From positions 2,914,001 through 2,978,000 of the forward strand of contig CM074806.1 in assembly GCA_037447605.1 (NCBI GenBank): 64,000 bases of DNA. The letters run 5' to 3'. Both the position numbers and the translations under genes were made by a program. The notes beneath the pieces are model-generated. The model saw only the letters and a list, made by a program, of their open reading frames with translations. It had not been told where the DNA came from and did not search any database. Positions 1 through 18,039 of this stretch are shown one piece after another; position 1 is the stretch's first letter; each line of letters begins with the position of its first letter. This DNA comes from Zygnema circumcarinatum SAG 698-1b. Taxonomy: Eukaryota > Plantae > Zygnematophyceae.

Positions 1-4489
<4,489 letters not shown>

Positions 4490-6012
4490 TGCTCTTTCTA
4501 AGGTATGGCATGCCACCTGTTTTGTCATGCGGTGGGTTCCCAATAAATGTAAAGTTATGACCTAAATCTCCTTTGGTCATGTCACCTTTTGGATGAATGT
4601 ACTTGTTCTTATTATCTGGAAGCTGTCAAAGCCACGGCTCTTTCGTGAGATTACGATACCATCCGAGCCTTTTACACATTTTAAGAGCATATATCTCGAA
4701 AATCTCACTAGTTTTATTGATTTGAGTGCCGAGTTCAGTACCGAACGTAAGTGGATGTTTTTGTAATTGAACTCTTCGTTGTTGGAGCACGTGTTCAAGT
4801 TGCACTTTAAAATAACGGTTGAACATTCGAACGGTGAATTTCCAAATTGCGTCCACAACGTTTTTCCTTGGACCCACGGACGGGTAAACATTTGGATACC
4901 TGGTTGTGAGGACACGTCTTAGCCGTGATTCCGAGTGTCTGTTTAAAAACCCTAAAAACCCTAATTCGTGACTGAGCCTTTTTGCATCCGCTGCTGCCAG
5001 TCGTGTAGCGGTCTACATGCAATTCCGACATGGACGACGAGATGACCGGGACTGACGACCAACCTCCATATCCGTCCTCTAGATCAAGCGCAACAAAGGT
5101 TGGAATCCGCACGAGTGACAATATTGAACATTCGAAATACAGTACCACAAAGAAAGTTCCAATTCGAGAAAGATGTTAATTCATCATTTTCGAGTTCGTT
5201 CAATTCAATCGAACAATTCAAAGCTCACGAATGCCGTCAAGGCATGTGCTTGCATTGCAGGCGCTGCTGACGAAGTGCTGAAAAAGCGATTGCTGTTGCC
5301 TTGGCCAAACCATGAGTGGTTTGGTGGCGTGCGAGGAACCAAAATCGAAAAATGATTTGAATTGTGAAATTTTGCGGCTATAAATCCATCCCCAACGATC
5401 ATAGCTAGTGTTCTTTCCACCCAAAATCCCCCTTGAAGCCCATCCTTAGATGAGATGTGGTCACATGCGAACAATTACAACTCTCATCACTGCTCTCATC
5501 AGGCTGTCGTCAAACCCCTTCCTAGACGCCCCAAGCATTGGTTGGTCTCATGAGACGACCATGGCGTGTTCCACACGTCCCACCCCTGCCACCTATTTCG
5601 CGGCACCTCCCCTAAATTTTACAATCGTGGCCCCTCACCCCTCTCCCCGCAGCCTCGGTAACGCGAAAAAGATTTTTTTTTAGCGGGCGGGGGACGGCGT
5701 GGAATTCTTGCAGCCACAATCTCGCCCGCCAATCAGAAACGCGCGTTGGTCGACGTGGCGGTCGCTGCGGCGGCCGCGTCGTCCATCCGCTTTCGTGGCC
5801 CGGCGGGCGCCCTCCACGTGGCCTCGCGATAGGCGGGTGGCTCCGGCGGGCCGTTACTGGAACCATTTGAAGGGGCCGAGGGCGCAGAACAGCGGTCCAA
5901 GTGCATTCCAAGGCAGCTCGCTCGTTCGCAGGACCTGCAGGGAGCTAACCCTACAGGAGGGAGAGAGCGGAGAGATAGGAGAGAGAGGAGAGAGGGGAGA
6001 GGAGAGGTAGAC

Positions 6013-8606
6013 ATGGCTGCCGTTTCTACTGCTGCAGTGTTGGGGCCTGCGGGGGCAGGGAGCTTGGTGCAGCGGCGGGTGACTCGCAGTATTGCAGGTA
6101 GGGAGTTTGCCGGGCAGCAGCTATCTGCGGCGGTGCCTGTGCGGGGGACGGTTGGTGGGAAGGTTACCTTGAAGGCGTCTGTAGACAATGAGAAGGAAAG
6201 CGTCAATGAAGTGTCAGCCCCCCGCAGGAATCTCTTGAAGCGTGTCCTCGGAGGTGCGGCTGCACTAGGCTTACCTGCGCTCGTTGCACAGAAGGCGAGA
6301 GCTGCAGATGAGCCGGGAGTGGCATCCTCTCGCATGTCATATTCGCGCTTCTTGGAGTATCTCGACATGGACCGCGTGAAGAAGGTCGACCTTTACGACA
6401 ATGGCTCCATCGCAATTGTGGAAGCTGTGAGCCCAGAGCTGGGCAACCGAGTGCAGCGCGTGCGCGTGCAGCTTCCAGGACTCAGCTCTGAGCTCCTCCA
6501 GAAGTTCCGGGAGAAGAACGTCGACTTCGCTGCACACAACCCTCAAGAGGATTCTGGTGCAGTTTTGTTGAACCTTCTCGGGAACTTGGCCTTCCCTCTT
6601 CTACTCGTTGGTGGCCTGTTCTTTCTCTCTAGGAGGTCGCAGGGAGGCATGGGAGGTCCGGGTGGTCCAGGAAACCCACTTGCCTTTGGAAAGTCAAAGG
6701 CGAAATTCCAGATGGAGCCTAATACAGGTGTAACATTCGATGACGTCGCTGGAGTCGACGAGGCTAAGCAAGATTTTATGGAGGTTGTGGAATTTTTGAA
6801 GAGACCGGAGAGGTTCACATCAATTGGCGCTCGTATTCCGAAGGGTGTGCTTCTTGTGGGCCCCCCCGGAACCGGAAAAACCCTTCTTGCAAAAGCAATC
6901 GCAGGAGAGGCCGGTGTGCCTTTCTTCTCTATTTCCGGCTCAGAATTCGTTGAGATGTTCGTCGGTGTTGGTGCTTCGCGAGTCCGTGACCTGTTCAAGA
7001 AGGCGAAGGAGAATGCACCCTGCATTGTTTTTGTGGACGAAATTGATGCTGTTGGAAGGCAGAGAGGAACAGGAATTGGCGGTGGAAATGATGAACGTGA
7101 GCAGACTTTGAATCAGCTTCTGACGGAGATGGATGGCTTTGAGGGTAACACCGGTGTCATTGTGGTGGCAGCGACGAACAGGGCGGATATTCTTGATCAG
7201 GCCCTTCTGCGGCCTGGTCGATTCGACAGACAAGTGCAGGTTGATGTCCCAGATATTAGGGGTCGTCAAGAAATCCTGAAGGTGCACGCCGGAAACAAGA
7301 AGTTTGAGGAGGATGTGTCTCTGCAAGTAATTGCAGCAAGAACTCCTGGTTTCAGTGGCGCAGATTTGGCTAATCTCCTCAACGAGGCTGCCATCCTAAC
7401 TGGCCGCAGGGGGAAATCTGCAATTTCTGCCAAGGAGATTGACGATGCCATTGACAGAATCGTGGCCGGCATGGAAGGAACAGTTATGACTGACGGAAAG
7501 TCGAAGTCTTTGGTGGCGTACCATGAAGTCGGACATGCTGTGTGCGGGTGAGTTTTGGCAATGCTGAGTATTTGCGGTGCTGAATAACTGATGGACGCGG
7601 TTGGAGGGTCATTGCGTGTGTCTTTGTAATTGCCTTCACCGTGAATTTTGTGATGCCTTCGCCGAATGTATTTTCCCAGTCCCAGTTTGCTTTCAATTCT
7701 GTTCCCACAGAAATAATGATGTTTCCGTTCCGTTAAACTATTGGTCGAGTCGACAATTTGGTGTGCAAATTTCTTTTTATCCTGTACTGACACGAGCTGT
7801 TTTTTGTTGTGTATTCAGGACGTTGACTCCAGGACATGATGCGGTGCAGAAGGTGACTCTTATCCCGAGAGGGCAGGCGCGTGGGCTGACATGGTTCATT
7901 CCTGGTGACGACCCATCTCTCATTTCAAAGCAGCAGATCTTTGCTCGCATTGTCGGAGCCCTAGGAGGCCGAGCTGCTGAGGAGGTCATTTTCGGAGAGG
8001 CAGAAGTCACTACTGGAGCGTCCAGCGACTTACAGCAAGTCTCCAGCATGGCAAAGCAGGTAAGGATGGCAGTATGAGGGAATGAAACTCGTGGATGTCT
8101 AAGCATGTGTGTTGTATTGAGAGGGGATGGATATAAACAGGCCATTGGCTTCAGTGACATCATCTCTAATTGGCGAATCAACACTGTAGAAAGCTATTGA
8201 TTTTGTCGAATTTGGGCCTTTGGAGTAACCTAAAGTGGCGATGGTGTCGGTGATGGCGTTGGTGTTGCAGATGGTGACTGTCTTCGGTATGTCAGAAATC
8301 GGCCCATGGGCTCTCATGGATCCTTCTGCCCAGGGTGGAGACATGATCATGCGCATGCTGGCGCGGAACAGTATGTCGGAGAAGCTCGCGCTGGACATAG
8401 ACACGGCAGTGAAGGCCATCTCCGACGAGGCTTATGAGATTGCATGCAGACAGATTCGCGAGAACCGGCAGGCTATTGACAAAATTGTGGAGATTTTGTT
8501 GGAGAAGGAGTCCATGACAGGGGAGGAGTTTCGAGCAATCTTGTCAGAATACACCGAAATTCCTGTAGAGAACAGGAGAACGATGGAGTCTGCAGCAGCA
8601 GCTTAA
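6013..8606 (+). CDS. FTSH2: Thylakoid ATP-dependent zinc metalloprotease FtsH, type B (FtsH2/FtsH8, VAR2-like), about 703 aa
   Basis: Exons 6013..7547, 7819..8059, 8271..8606. Transit peptide with RR...Ax[13 protein letters not shown], Walker A GPPGTGKT, Walker [11 protein letters not shown], second region of homology [20 protein letters not shown], zinc site [14 protein letters not shown]. Confidence 0.97.
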
Positions 8607-9467
8607 AAAGAAAAAAATCCGTTTCCCTTTGTGAAATAGAGAGTTCGTAGGTTTGAATGGGGTTAATATCTGTTGTAGAGCAGCTGACCTAAAAAGGAAG
8701 CTCGTGAGTTTGGAAGAAATGTTATGTGGAGCAATAGCGTGTGAGCCGTTGTTAATATTTGGGTTTTTTATGTTATGGAGAAGTGTGCAGCATGCGCTGC
8801 CCTCAATAACAGTGGCGAGAACATCCCCCGACTATTCCACTCGTTGAGAGTTCATTCTGTTTAAAATCTGAATTGCTGTTAACCCTGAATTGTTGACTGA
8901 ATGATTCGCTTTTGTTTACCTTATCATTCTATTTACAATGGCAAGCTGTGACGTATGTTTTAGTGTAATTGGAATTTGTGTCATAATATACTTGCGTAAA
9001 TGTCGCCACCGATGCGAACCTTTATGCAATGAAGATTCCAACGAAGTGGAGGGATGGATATGTGAGTGTGCACGCATCCTCCCTCCCTCCCTTGCATACA
9101 TGTCCAGATAGACGACGGCCATCGGCACACCTCGTCCTACACCTCTCGCCACATTGCGATTCGCGACTTGGAAAAAGAGACAAGCGGGTAGTGAGAGCTC
9201 TCTTCGAGGACAGTCTCTCCGCCGGCCGGCACCGTGCGACGCGTCCTGCTGCGGTGTGCTGCGCTGTGCGCGAAGTGGCCGAGAACTGCACTGCCCCGCT
9301 ACGAACACCTCCCACGTCAGCGCAGGGTTACGGGCACATGCCAGAGGCAGCGGCTCCTCCCTGCGCTGCCGCTGACACGTGCGGGAAGGGGAGGGGAGAG
9401 GCAGCGCCTCTCGCAGGGAGCAGCGGGCGGTGTACCCTATGCCTCTGGTGCCCTCAACGCCTCTGAG

Positions 9468-9603
9468 ATGGAGGCAGCAGAAGCGCCATGGTTAACGTGG
9501 TGTCGCGCTCTGCCCAAGGCGGAGGTGCATGCGCACCTCAATGGCTCCGTCCGCGACTCCACCATCCGGTGCGCTCTCTCTCTGTCTGTATCTTTCTTTC
9601 TCT

Positions 9604-9665
<62 letters not shown>

Positions 9666-9697
9666 CTTCTCGCCCGCTGGCCGGCCTGTCGCTGCTA

Positions 9698-9751
<54 letters not shown>

Positions 9752-12700
9752 AACGCTCTCCCTTATCGACCCCTCGTTTCCAGCAATTCCAAAAACATGA
9801 ATACCTTCTCAATTTGCGCTCCGCTTGAACATTGTGTTATATCGAGGAACTCTATGCTGCCAGCTGTCTTCTGTTCCCAACAATGCATAATCTGTTTGAT
9901 GGCTGAGCCTCAGATCGACTACGGAGCATGCTGCTCATTTTTTATGCATTGTTGCAACCCGCCTTCTGAAATCAGAAACGCAAACGATAGAATCAACAGG
10001 ATGCAGAATGCATGACATATTAATGGAAAACCATTATGGCGCTATTCTAATGAGTCCACACGCACATTGACATCTGGCGATGGCAATGCCAACTGCACAT
10101 TACGTTCGTTCCTTTGGCTTGACTGTTATAAATTCATCACGTCATATACATTGAGCTTCACAGGGAGTTGGCAGAAGGAAAAAACGCAGAGGCTGCACTT
10201 GTTGCAGAAGAAGCGCATCGCCTCACTGCAAAAGGTGAGAAGTGGATTTAATAGGAAACCGCATTCTGAAAGAGTATGATATGCTTGGCCAAGGAATCAC
10301 TTGCGACGGTTCACAGGAAGAGGTTCCAGTGTGTACTCAACGTGACTGCTAAAAATACTATTTTGGGACAAGCGATATTATTAGGGAACAGCAAAAAGAG
10401 AGCCCCCAAAGCTCGAAAACTGTTCATATCTTGAATGAAGAAATAACTCCTTTTGCTTGCAGGCTCTCGCACACTAGCGGAATGCTTTAAGCTTTTTGAC
10501 ATTATTCATCGCCTTACCACCGAGCATTCGGTCATTACTCGCATTACTCGAGAGGTCATGCCCTAAACATGGCTCGACATGAACGTGCTTGAATTCTTAC
10601 ACTCAAAAAAAAAAAATTCAACGCAGTAACGATAAGGACAGCTTTAAAGTGAAACTCTTCATTGCACAGTTGAGCACATTCTATCGTTCTAAACCGGTAA
10701 GTTTGAAGCACACTTCAGAGGGCTTGCAAATCTTGGCTGAATCTGCAGTTTTTTTTAAATCGAGATTCAGAAGCTTTTTACTGGTGTAATAGTCATGATT
10801 GATGGCTTGCAGGTTATTGAAGACTTTGCAGCTGATAATGTGCGCTACCTGGAACTGCGTACCACTCCCAAGGTAAACATGCTTAGTCTAACGTGACACA
10901 TTCACGAATCAACAGAAATGTGGTGTCCTTTGCTCGATGAAGACATGTTGAGGATAAGAGAGGAACTTTTGACGCAACTTTGATTTGGTTGTATGACTTA
11001 CCTTGAAGAGGAGCTTGGGTGGATCCTTGCTTTTCTTCATTCCTCTCACTTCAGCACAAACCCGAAGTCGGAATGTCAAAACGGTCATATGTGGAGGCGG
11101 TTTTGAAGGGAATGGAGGACTACCTTGATCGAACAAGTTGCAGCTCTAATTCGAACATGATGATGAATTCCCATCCAAGTATGGGTACGAATAAACCAAC
11201 CGAATACTTGACTACGTCGGAATCGGAAATGCAAGTTGTTGCAAGTTCAAACCATGTCATTGTTGCAATTGTTTCTCATTAAAATGAAAGACACATGCAA
11301 ATCCGTGAAGCGGTCTACTCACACGAACCCGATCAGTGTGGAGACGCAGCGAACGAGCGAGCTTTCGAGGAGGAAAAGAAGGAGAAGGAGAAGTTAAACT
11401 CCATCACAGTTCGACTTTTGCTCAGCATTGATCGAAGGGAAAATGCAGAGTCAGCTATGGAAACGGTAAAATATGCGCTTGTAAACATAGTGATGAACCG
11501 AGACAACGGTAGAGCTAGCTACTTGGCCCAGGAACCTTTCTTTCCTTTCCCAGAAAAGCGATTTCAAATTCTAGAAATGCATTTGTGCGTTGCAAAACAC
11601 TGCTATGTAATACTTAAGGATGGCAAATGTGTCCTTTTCATTTCGTTTTTGGAACCTACAGGTGATATTAGCATGGGAATTGAGGAGTAGAGGAATAGTC
11701 GGTATTGATTTGTCCGGAAATCCTTGCATCGGGCAATGGTGAGGAGTTGCCACTCCATTGTCTCCCAATCTGCGGAGTCATGTGCGTAGTTTGCTGCGTT
11801 GAACCAAAGGTGGACATCGCACTAGTGAAGATTGTGTCGACGAGGATGTTTGGTCGGACATGTGTATTGCTGTTCTGAGCGTCGTTCAAAATTTCAGGAT
11901 TGCATGTACCTGTGCTACCTCCTCTCAAAGCGTATGGTTTGCAGGTCCACCTTCGAACCTGCGCTGGTGTGGGCGCGAGGGCGCGGCCTCGCAATAACGT
12001 TGCATTGCGGCGAGGTGCCATTCGGAACTCGCAACTAAAGCATACGAGTTTTCATTAGGTGGTGTTGGATTTGCAAACCCTGGCGAAGGTATTTATTGAA
12101 CTCTCTCTCAAGGTCCTCTAGAAGTGAGAAGGCAGAGACAGGATAGTCTAGTTTTCGTTTAGTTGCCTTAAGGAACATGGCAGCGATGGATTCGTGAAAG
12201 TGAGAAAGGAAAAAGAAAGGAAAAGTAAAATGGAATGAATGTTGCACAGAACGGTAGACGTGTCCAAATTGAGTACCTCATTTAGGAAGATCTCAGAGAT
12301 CAGAAGGTTGGGCTTCAGCTTCCATGGCTCGAAGAGTACGTCCATATGTCCCCTCCTGTTCAGTTTGTATTTTACTTTTGTAGGTGCCTAATTCTGAAGA
12401 AGTTCGAGCCATGCTGGCCTTTGGACCAGACAGAGTGGGTCACGTGTGCTGCTTAGAGGAAGAAGAATGGTCTTCTCTTCTGCTCTCAAATATTCCTGTG
12501 AGTGTCTGAAAGCCTTGGAGTCCTTCTAGCGCCGTAATTGACTCACTTTCATGTATTTGTCTGAAGCACTGAACAAGGAAAGTTTGTTCGTATGAGCAAC
12601 TGCGGGCAAAATGGTAGGAAGCTGATTATTTTAGGCAGATGGGACCGACAGGTGGAGCTGTGCCTTACCTCGAATGTGAAGACAGAAAGCGTCGCTTCTT

Positions 12701-13511
12701 ATAGCAGCCATCATTTTGGTGAGCATCAGTCCCAGAGATGACTTTTCAACTTTTTGTCAGTCCATGCTCTATTTCCCCTTTCGTGAGGTTCTTTAGTTGT
12801 GTAGGCAGGTTCTACCGGTAACCTTCGTAGACCACGTAAAATGCAGGAGATGGGTCAGCAGGGAGGTCAGTCCGCTGAATTCAGAGCAGGTTTCCGCGGT
12901 TTCGACTGGGAAGGTGAACCCTCGGAGGTCTTGGAAGACTAAGTCGAGAATCGGATTTGGAGGAAGAGTATAAGGGGGTCAGAAAACGAGAATAAGAATG
13001 AACAAAACGAGTGTGTTGCATCAAGGATTGTTGAACAGAGAGGTTGCCGCATCATACGTTGTTTGTGTCTGCTGCAGCGGAGCTCTACAAAGAGCGGCAT
13101 CCCCTCCTCATATGCACGGACGATGCAGGCGTGTTCGCAACATCGGTCTCTGAAGAATATGCTCGAGCTGCGGCCTACTTTGGTGAGTGGCTTCTGTTCA
13201 CATGTTCAGTTGTTTGGCAACAGTGCATTGAATTGTTTGTTTACTTGTCATTTGCTTGCTTGAGTTTGCTTGAGTTTGCTTGAGGACAGATATATGCAGG
13301 GTTAGATGATGATGATGACGACGATGTAAACAATTGTATCCTTTGAGTTTTCATCGATACAGGCTTGACGAAAGAGCAATTGCGAGACATCAGCCTGCAG
13401 TCAATCGACTACGTCTTCGCGCCTGATCACATCAAGGAGGAATTGAGAAACGACTTTCGTCGCTTGTTAGAAATCATGAGTTCTAACGATGACCCAAGAT
13501 TCTTGTTGTAA
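9468..13511 (+). CDS. ADAL: Adenosine deaminase-like protein (N6-methyl-AMP deaminase, MAPDA/ADAL)
   Basis: Exons 9468..9568, 10164..10234, 10463..10554, 10813..10872, 11055..~11178, ~11311..11465, 11662..11738, 11945..12014, 12384..12497, 12652..12718, 13078..13182, 13363..13511. The exon 5/6 junction is uncertain. Motifs LPKAEVHAHLNGS, YLELRTTPK, VRLLLSIDRR, GIDLSGNP, TLHCGE, RVGH, VELCLTSN, ICTDDAGVF. Confidence 0.93.
9575..9750 (+). repeat. (CT)n microsatellite in ADAL intron 1
   Basis: Two long CT dinucleotide runs directly after the 9569 donor site. Confidence 0.95.
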
Positions 13512-13964
13512 GGAGGTACTTTTATTGTCGAAGTGTAAAGTGATCTATAGCTGACGCTTGCTTGTATGGTCTTTCAAAGCCTGTTATCAGTTGCCATTGC
13601 CATGGCTCTCCATTTCCTTCTTCCTACGATCCTTCTGTAAACGTCCACTTCCATCCCCATTCTCTCGTATCTTTGATGTCTGGGCCTCATGTTCATGTCG
13701 TGTAAACATCCTTCTCTGTGCTTGACAGCCACATCCACCGTTTTCTAGCAACTCCTCTTGGAAGTTGAATCATGCAATTCCAACAACAATTCATTAACAA
13801 GCAACCATGTTAGCAACCTCTTATTAAATGAGGAGACCTCAAAAGCTCCGAAGTGTGCATTGAGCCTCTAACTAAAGGCTCGGAAAAGTATTTGAACTGT
13901 ATTGAATGAGTGGTGCGCGTGGGGAGGAGAGAGAGAGGTGAGGAGAGCGAACACGTTCAAGACT

Positions 13965-14100
13965 TTCACAGGTCGGACCATTAGACGAAACATTCGACTG
14001 GTTGCCAACCATTGGCGCCGGATCGAAACAACCATTCGAACCATTGGACGTCCAACCATTACCATCCAATGGTTGCCGATCCAACGGTCCGACCTGTGAA
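13965..14100. repeat. 136-bp MITE-like segment with a perfect 15-bp terminal inverted repeat
   Basis: TTCACAGGTCGGACC (13965-13979) and its reverse complement GGTCCGACCTGTGAA (14086-14100) enclose several AACCATT/CAATGGTTG words. No target-site duplication is visible. Confidence 0.6.
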
Positions 14101-14971
14101 GGATTTCAATGTCCGACGTACGGTAAAGACCTTTCATTCTCTGATACCGTAACACGGAACAGGTTCAGAAAAGTGTTCAGTTTCACGGTGCGCCGTTTAG
14201 ACTCCGCTTGCGAAGTGACCTCTCCAGTTGCACGTTGAACTGAGTGCACATGAGATGATGCTACATGCGACCGCCGTCCAGTTGGGCGGAACGGGCGCGG
14301 GACCGTTCCATGCAGACCCAGTCCACAGCGCGCGCTCTCGTCAGAGCGGAACGCCATTGAGCGCACTTTTTTTTAGCCTAGACGGCACCAATCACAGACG
14401 TCCACGTCATCAAATGGTTACACGTGTCATATATTCATTGGCTGTCGGCGAAAAGGGTACCTCAGCGGAGACCTCTCCTCATTGGGCCGCCGCTGCCGAC
14501 TTTTTTGCCAAGCGGCGCGGCTGGGCTCTCTCTGTGTCTCTCTCACAGGGGCGCAAACGCAGGCGACTCCCAGGGTCCTTCAACTTCTCTCTGCGGCTCT
14601 CTGAACGTCCCCCGAAACCCTAAAAATCACTGCAATTCAAATAGCAGCAAGACGCAGCCCTCGCTTTCCAAGAAGGATGAGCGCGCCTGAGCAATTCGGG
14701 CGGCGTTGGATGTGTTCGGACGAGGCATAGTGAAGCATGGCGGGGGTGCCATGACAAGAGGGACTGCTGGAGGAAAACACTCAGAAAGGGGGAGGGAGTT
14801 CTGGCTGCAGTGGATCATAAGATTGGATGCTTTCATTAGGGAGTGTAGGCAGGACATCTGATAGAGAAATGTGAACCGGCACTTGCAAGTTGAAGAGTGC
14901 AGATATTTCGAGGAAAGTGTGGCGATTTTGAGCACTCAAGCAGAGGGTCAAAGAGTGTTTAATAGTGCAGC

Positions 14972-17900
14972 ATGACGTGGATGTTCCTTTTGTGGCTCGT
15001 GTCCTTCATTGTTGTCGCCGCTCTGCTTGGCATCGTCATGTACATGGTATGTCCTGACTGGACGCTGATTCACGACTAACTTTGTTGGGAGTCCGTTTTT
15101 ATTTTTTTGTGTCACTTGGCTTACTCTGTGTAGGGGAGAATTTCCTGAAACGGGCATGCAATAATCGTGTACCTTAGAAGGTTAAAGATAAACCACCTAA
15201 CCACCCACTTAAAGATAAACTGTCTTCCTTCTGGATAGACGCAACCCGGTTAATCGCGATCCAGTCCATGCTGCTTAGGTTGTTGTGTGCGTAAAAGTTA
15301 CGATACTTGTTTTTTAATGTAGTTTGATGTTTTGTTTATGACTTTTTCATTGGATTTTCAGATGTTTTGTTCATGCCACGCGAATGGGGAACGGCCATGT
15401 TTTTTTCTGTCCGTTTGCTGCTTGTTTTGCGTTTTTCAGGAAGACTTCTTAGCCGTAATGACTTACAACAAACAATAAACAATTGCCGACAGCAAATGTA
15501 GGAATGAGATAAAATCATGTTCGCGTACGTTAGAAAGCGATGAATGTTTGTTTATGAGCTTGTTTCTCATGATGTCGCTTGCTTGTGTTCTCGCATTGCA
15601 GCTCATTTGCCTCTCAGATTTGGAAAATGATTTCATCAACCCTCACGACTCAGCCCATCGAATAAACAAGTTTGTGGTACCAGAAATGGTCATGCAATGT
15701 GGATTGACGCTTGTTTACTTTCTCACCGGGCGCTGGTTCATGTGGCTATTCAACATGCCCTTGTTGGCGTACCATGTGCGCCTGTGAGTTATCCTTCACC
15801 TGCTCGCAAATTCACATTCTGACTGCATTACAGAAAGCGGGTATTAGCCGAAACCGAGGTATTACTGATAGGCATTAATGTGAAGTTGCCTTGGCTTGTC
15901 ATAAAAGGGCGGAGGGCTAGCGATAGGAAGGCTTCCTTCTGTTTTTTTGAGTGTCCATATACATTTTGGGGCTATAAAGAAAGTTTCAGATTCAGTATGC
16001 TGTACACTGTAATAGGGTAAAGGGCCATCTTTAGTTTTGACCTTAAGCTACAATTCTATGTATTTTGGCACCTGAAACAAGTCGCTGGTTTCCGTTCATG
16101 CCATAATGCGCTATGGGACGGCATTTAGCCGAGGAAGGCTGCTGGGTGAACGAAGAGGCCTATGTTGAAGAAAACCTTTTTAGCATATGCAATGATCTGG
16201 AATGCACGTTCTAAAACGATTAACAGCCATCTTTCTTCAGCATTTTAAAGGTCATTGATAAAATGTCTGTTCTTTGTACATTTAGTCTGGTTAGGATATC
16301 TAGTTTTGTTTTTCTCTGTTTTTTGGTTTCTGCAATCATTGAAGGTTTTTTTCTTCTTGTTATTTGATGCAGATATTTGAGAAAAGAATATTTCGTGGAT
16401 GTCACAGAAATCTTCAACCAGCTGTCGAGTGAAAAGAAGTTCAGACTGGTGAAGCTGTTTTTCTACTTGGCGTTTTTCGTTATCGTAATCTATAGGTCAG
16501 TCTCGAAAAACAATTTTTATCTCTGTGACTTTCATCTCCTAGTTAGTTGCCTGTCTGTGGGCAATTTTTCCTTTCATCGAAAGTGTTTCTCACCTCAAAA
16601 CGATGCTATGGCTTGGAAGTGTCTGAGTATTGAGGACTAGAGCTGGAAATTTTGCCAACTCTATCCCATATCAGCAGGTGGTCTTGATAAATTTTGAGGA
16701 ATACTCTTAGGAGGTTCTGAGGATGAAGCCAACCTACTGCTGGGAAAATTCAGCTTCATCCTAGAATTGGGTCCTCTAGAGCATTGCATAGTTGAATGAA
16801 AACATCCCTATCTTCATGACCATTTCTTAATTTCAATGTGACCTTTGAAAAAAGAGGTGGGTCCATGCTGATTCACATGGAAGAGCTTCAAGGGATGCGA
16901 GTTCCTTGTTCGGTCACTGAAATGGAAATGCAAAAGTATTTGTGTGTCTTAATTAACTTGATTTCCCATTCTGCATGAGTCCTTGCTATTATAGCGAATT
17001 ACCTGCATTTATTTCCAGTAAAGGCCCTGAAATGGCGAGGCGGAGTAGAGTACAAACCTTCTGGCTGGAGGCACTTAACCTAGATGGTGAAATTATATTT
17101 TATGCTCTTAAGCACTTGTAACGCTCGTTTGACAAGTCTTAGACATTGAATGGTGTACTTGAGTTCCCTTCTCGTTGTTTGGGTTCTGGGAGATATAGTC
17201 GTCAGGTTCCATTCAGTATTTGATTACGCGAGCCCTGAGTTCGTCAGTAATGCGTTTACAATATTTATCGGAACAATGGAATTGACGTTTTGATGTACTT
17301 TCATAACCTAGTATCAGGGTAGGGGAAAATTATGGTTTGTGAGGAATGGCTTATAGCAATGAATGATTTATAAATTAAATACGTAAAGATGCCATCCCTG
17401 AAGCCCTGCAATTGCGGGGCTGAAGTTTTCAACGTTAATCATTGTGGGGGGCCATGTTCTTATGCAATAAGCCGTTCTGGCTGATGATAGGCTTCGAGAA
17501 GTCTTTTGGGTATAAGCACATATAGATAACAAACCCACTGCTCTTTTCTCTCCTAAGCTTTTGATTTTCGAGGCCAGATTTCCTGGTGGCCTCGCCACAC
17601 GCTGGCTCAGACCTATTTAAGTGATTCTAAGGTTTGGCAGGAGTACTACGTGATACGAATCCTCCGTATTTTAAGGTCACATAAGGAAGATGAAATTTAG
17701 AAAGCCTTTTTTGAAGTCTCGTGACAGCTTAAATCAGCCTTTTCTCTTTTTGGGCACTTGCCCTTCTCTCACCGATGCAGATGGGTATACGAGAGCTTCT
17801 TGTAGACCTGCTTTTTTTTTATCACCCAAGGCCCCAGTCAGCTGCCCGCTGTGGCTATTCGGAAGTTCGGCTGTACTCATTTGACTTTCTTGTAAATCTT

Positions 17901-18039
17901 CTTCACTTCAACCACTATCATATGGTAGGGTTCAGGCACGTGGCCTGTCTCGCTCTCAGTTCTGCAGGATGATGTGCACTGCAGATGGGTGGAGGCCACA
18001 GTTCTGATGTTTTCCGAGACTAAGGCAAGGCACCTTTAG
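14972..18039 (+). CDS. CNIH: Cornichon-family ER cargo receptor
   Basis: Exons 14972..15046, 15602..15783, 16373..16495, 17985..18039. Motifs YMLICLSDLENDFINPHDSAHRIN, VVPE, VDVTEIF, KLFFYL. The last exon (RWVEATVLMFSETKARHL*) is the least certain. Confidence 0.9.

Noticed and set aside
5612-7793. Antisense and alternative-frame ORFs over FtsH and its promoter
   Set aside because: Shadow ORFs of a GC-rich coding sequence with no recognisable motifs.
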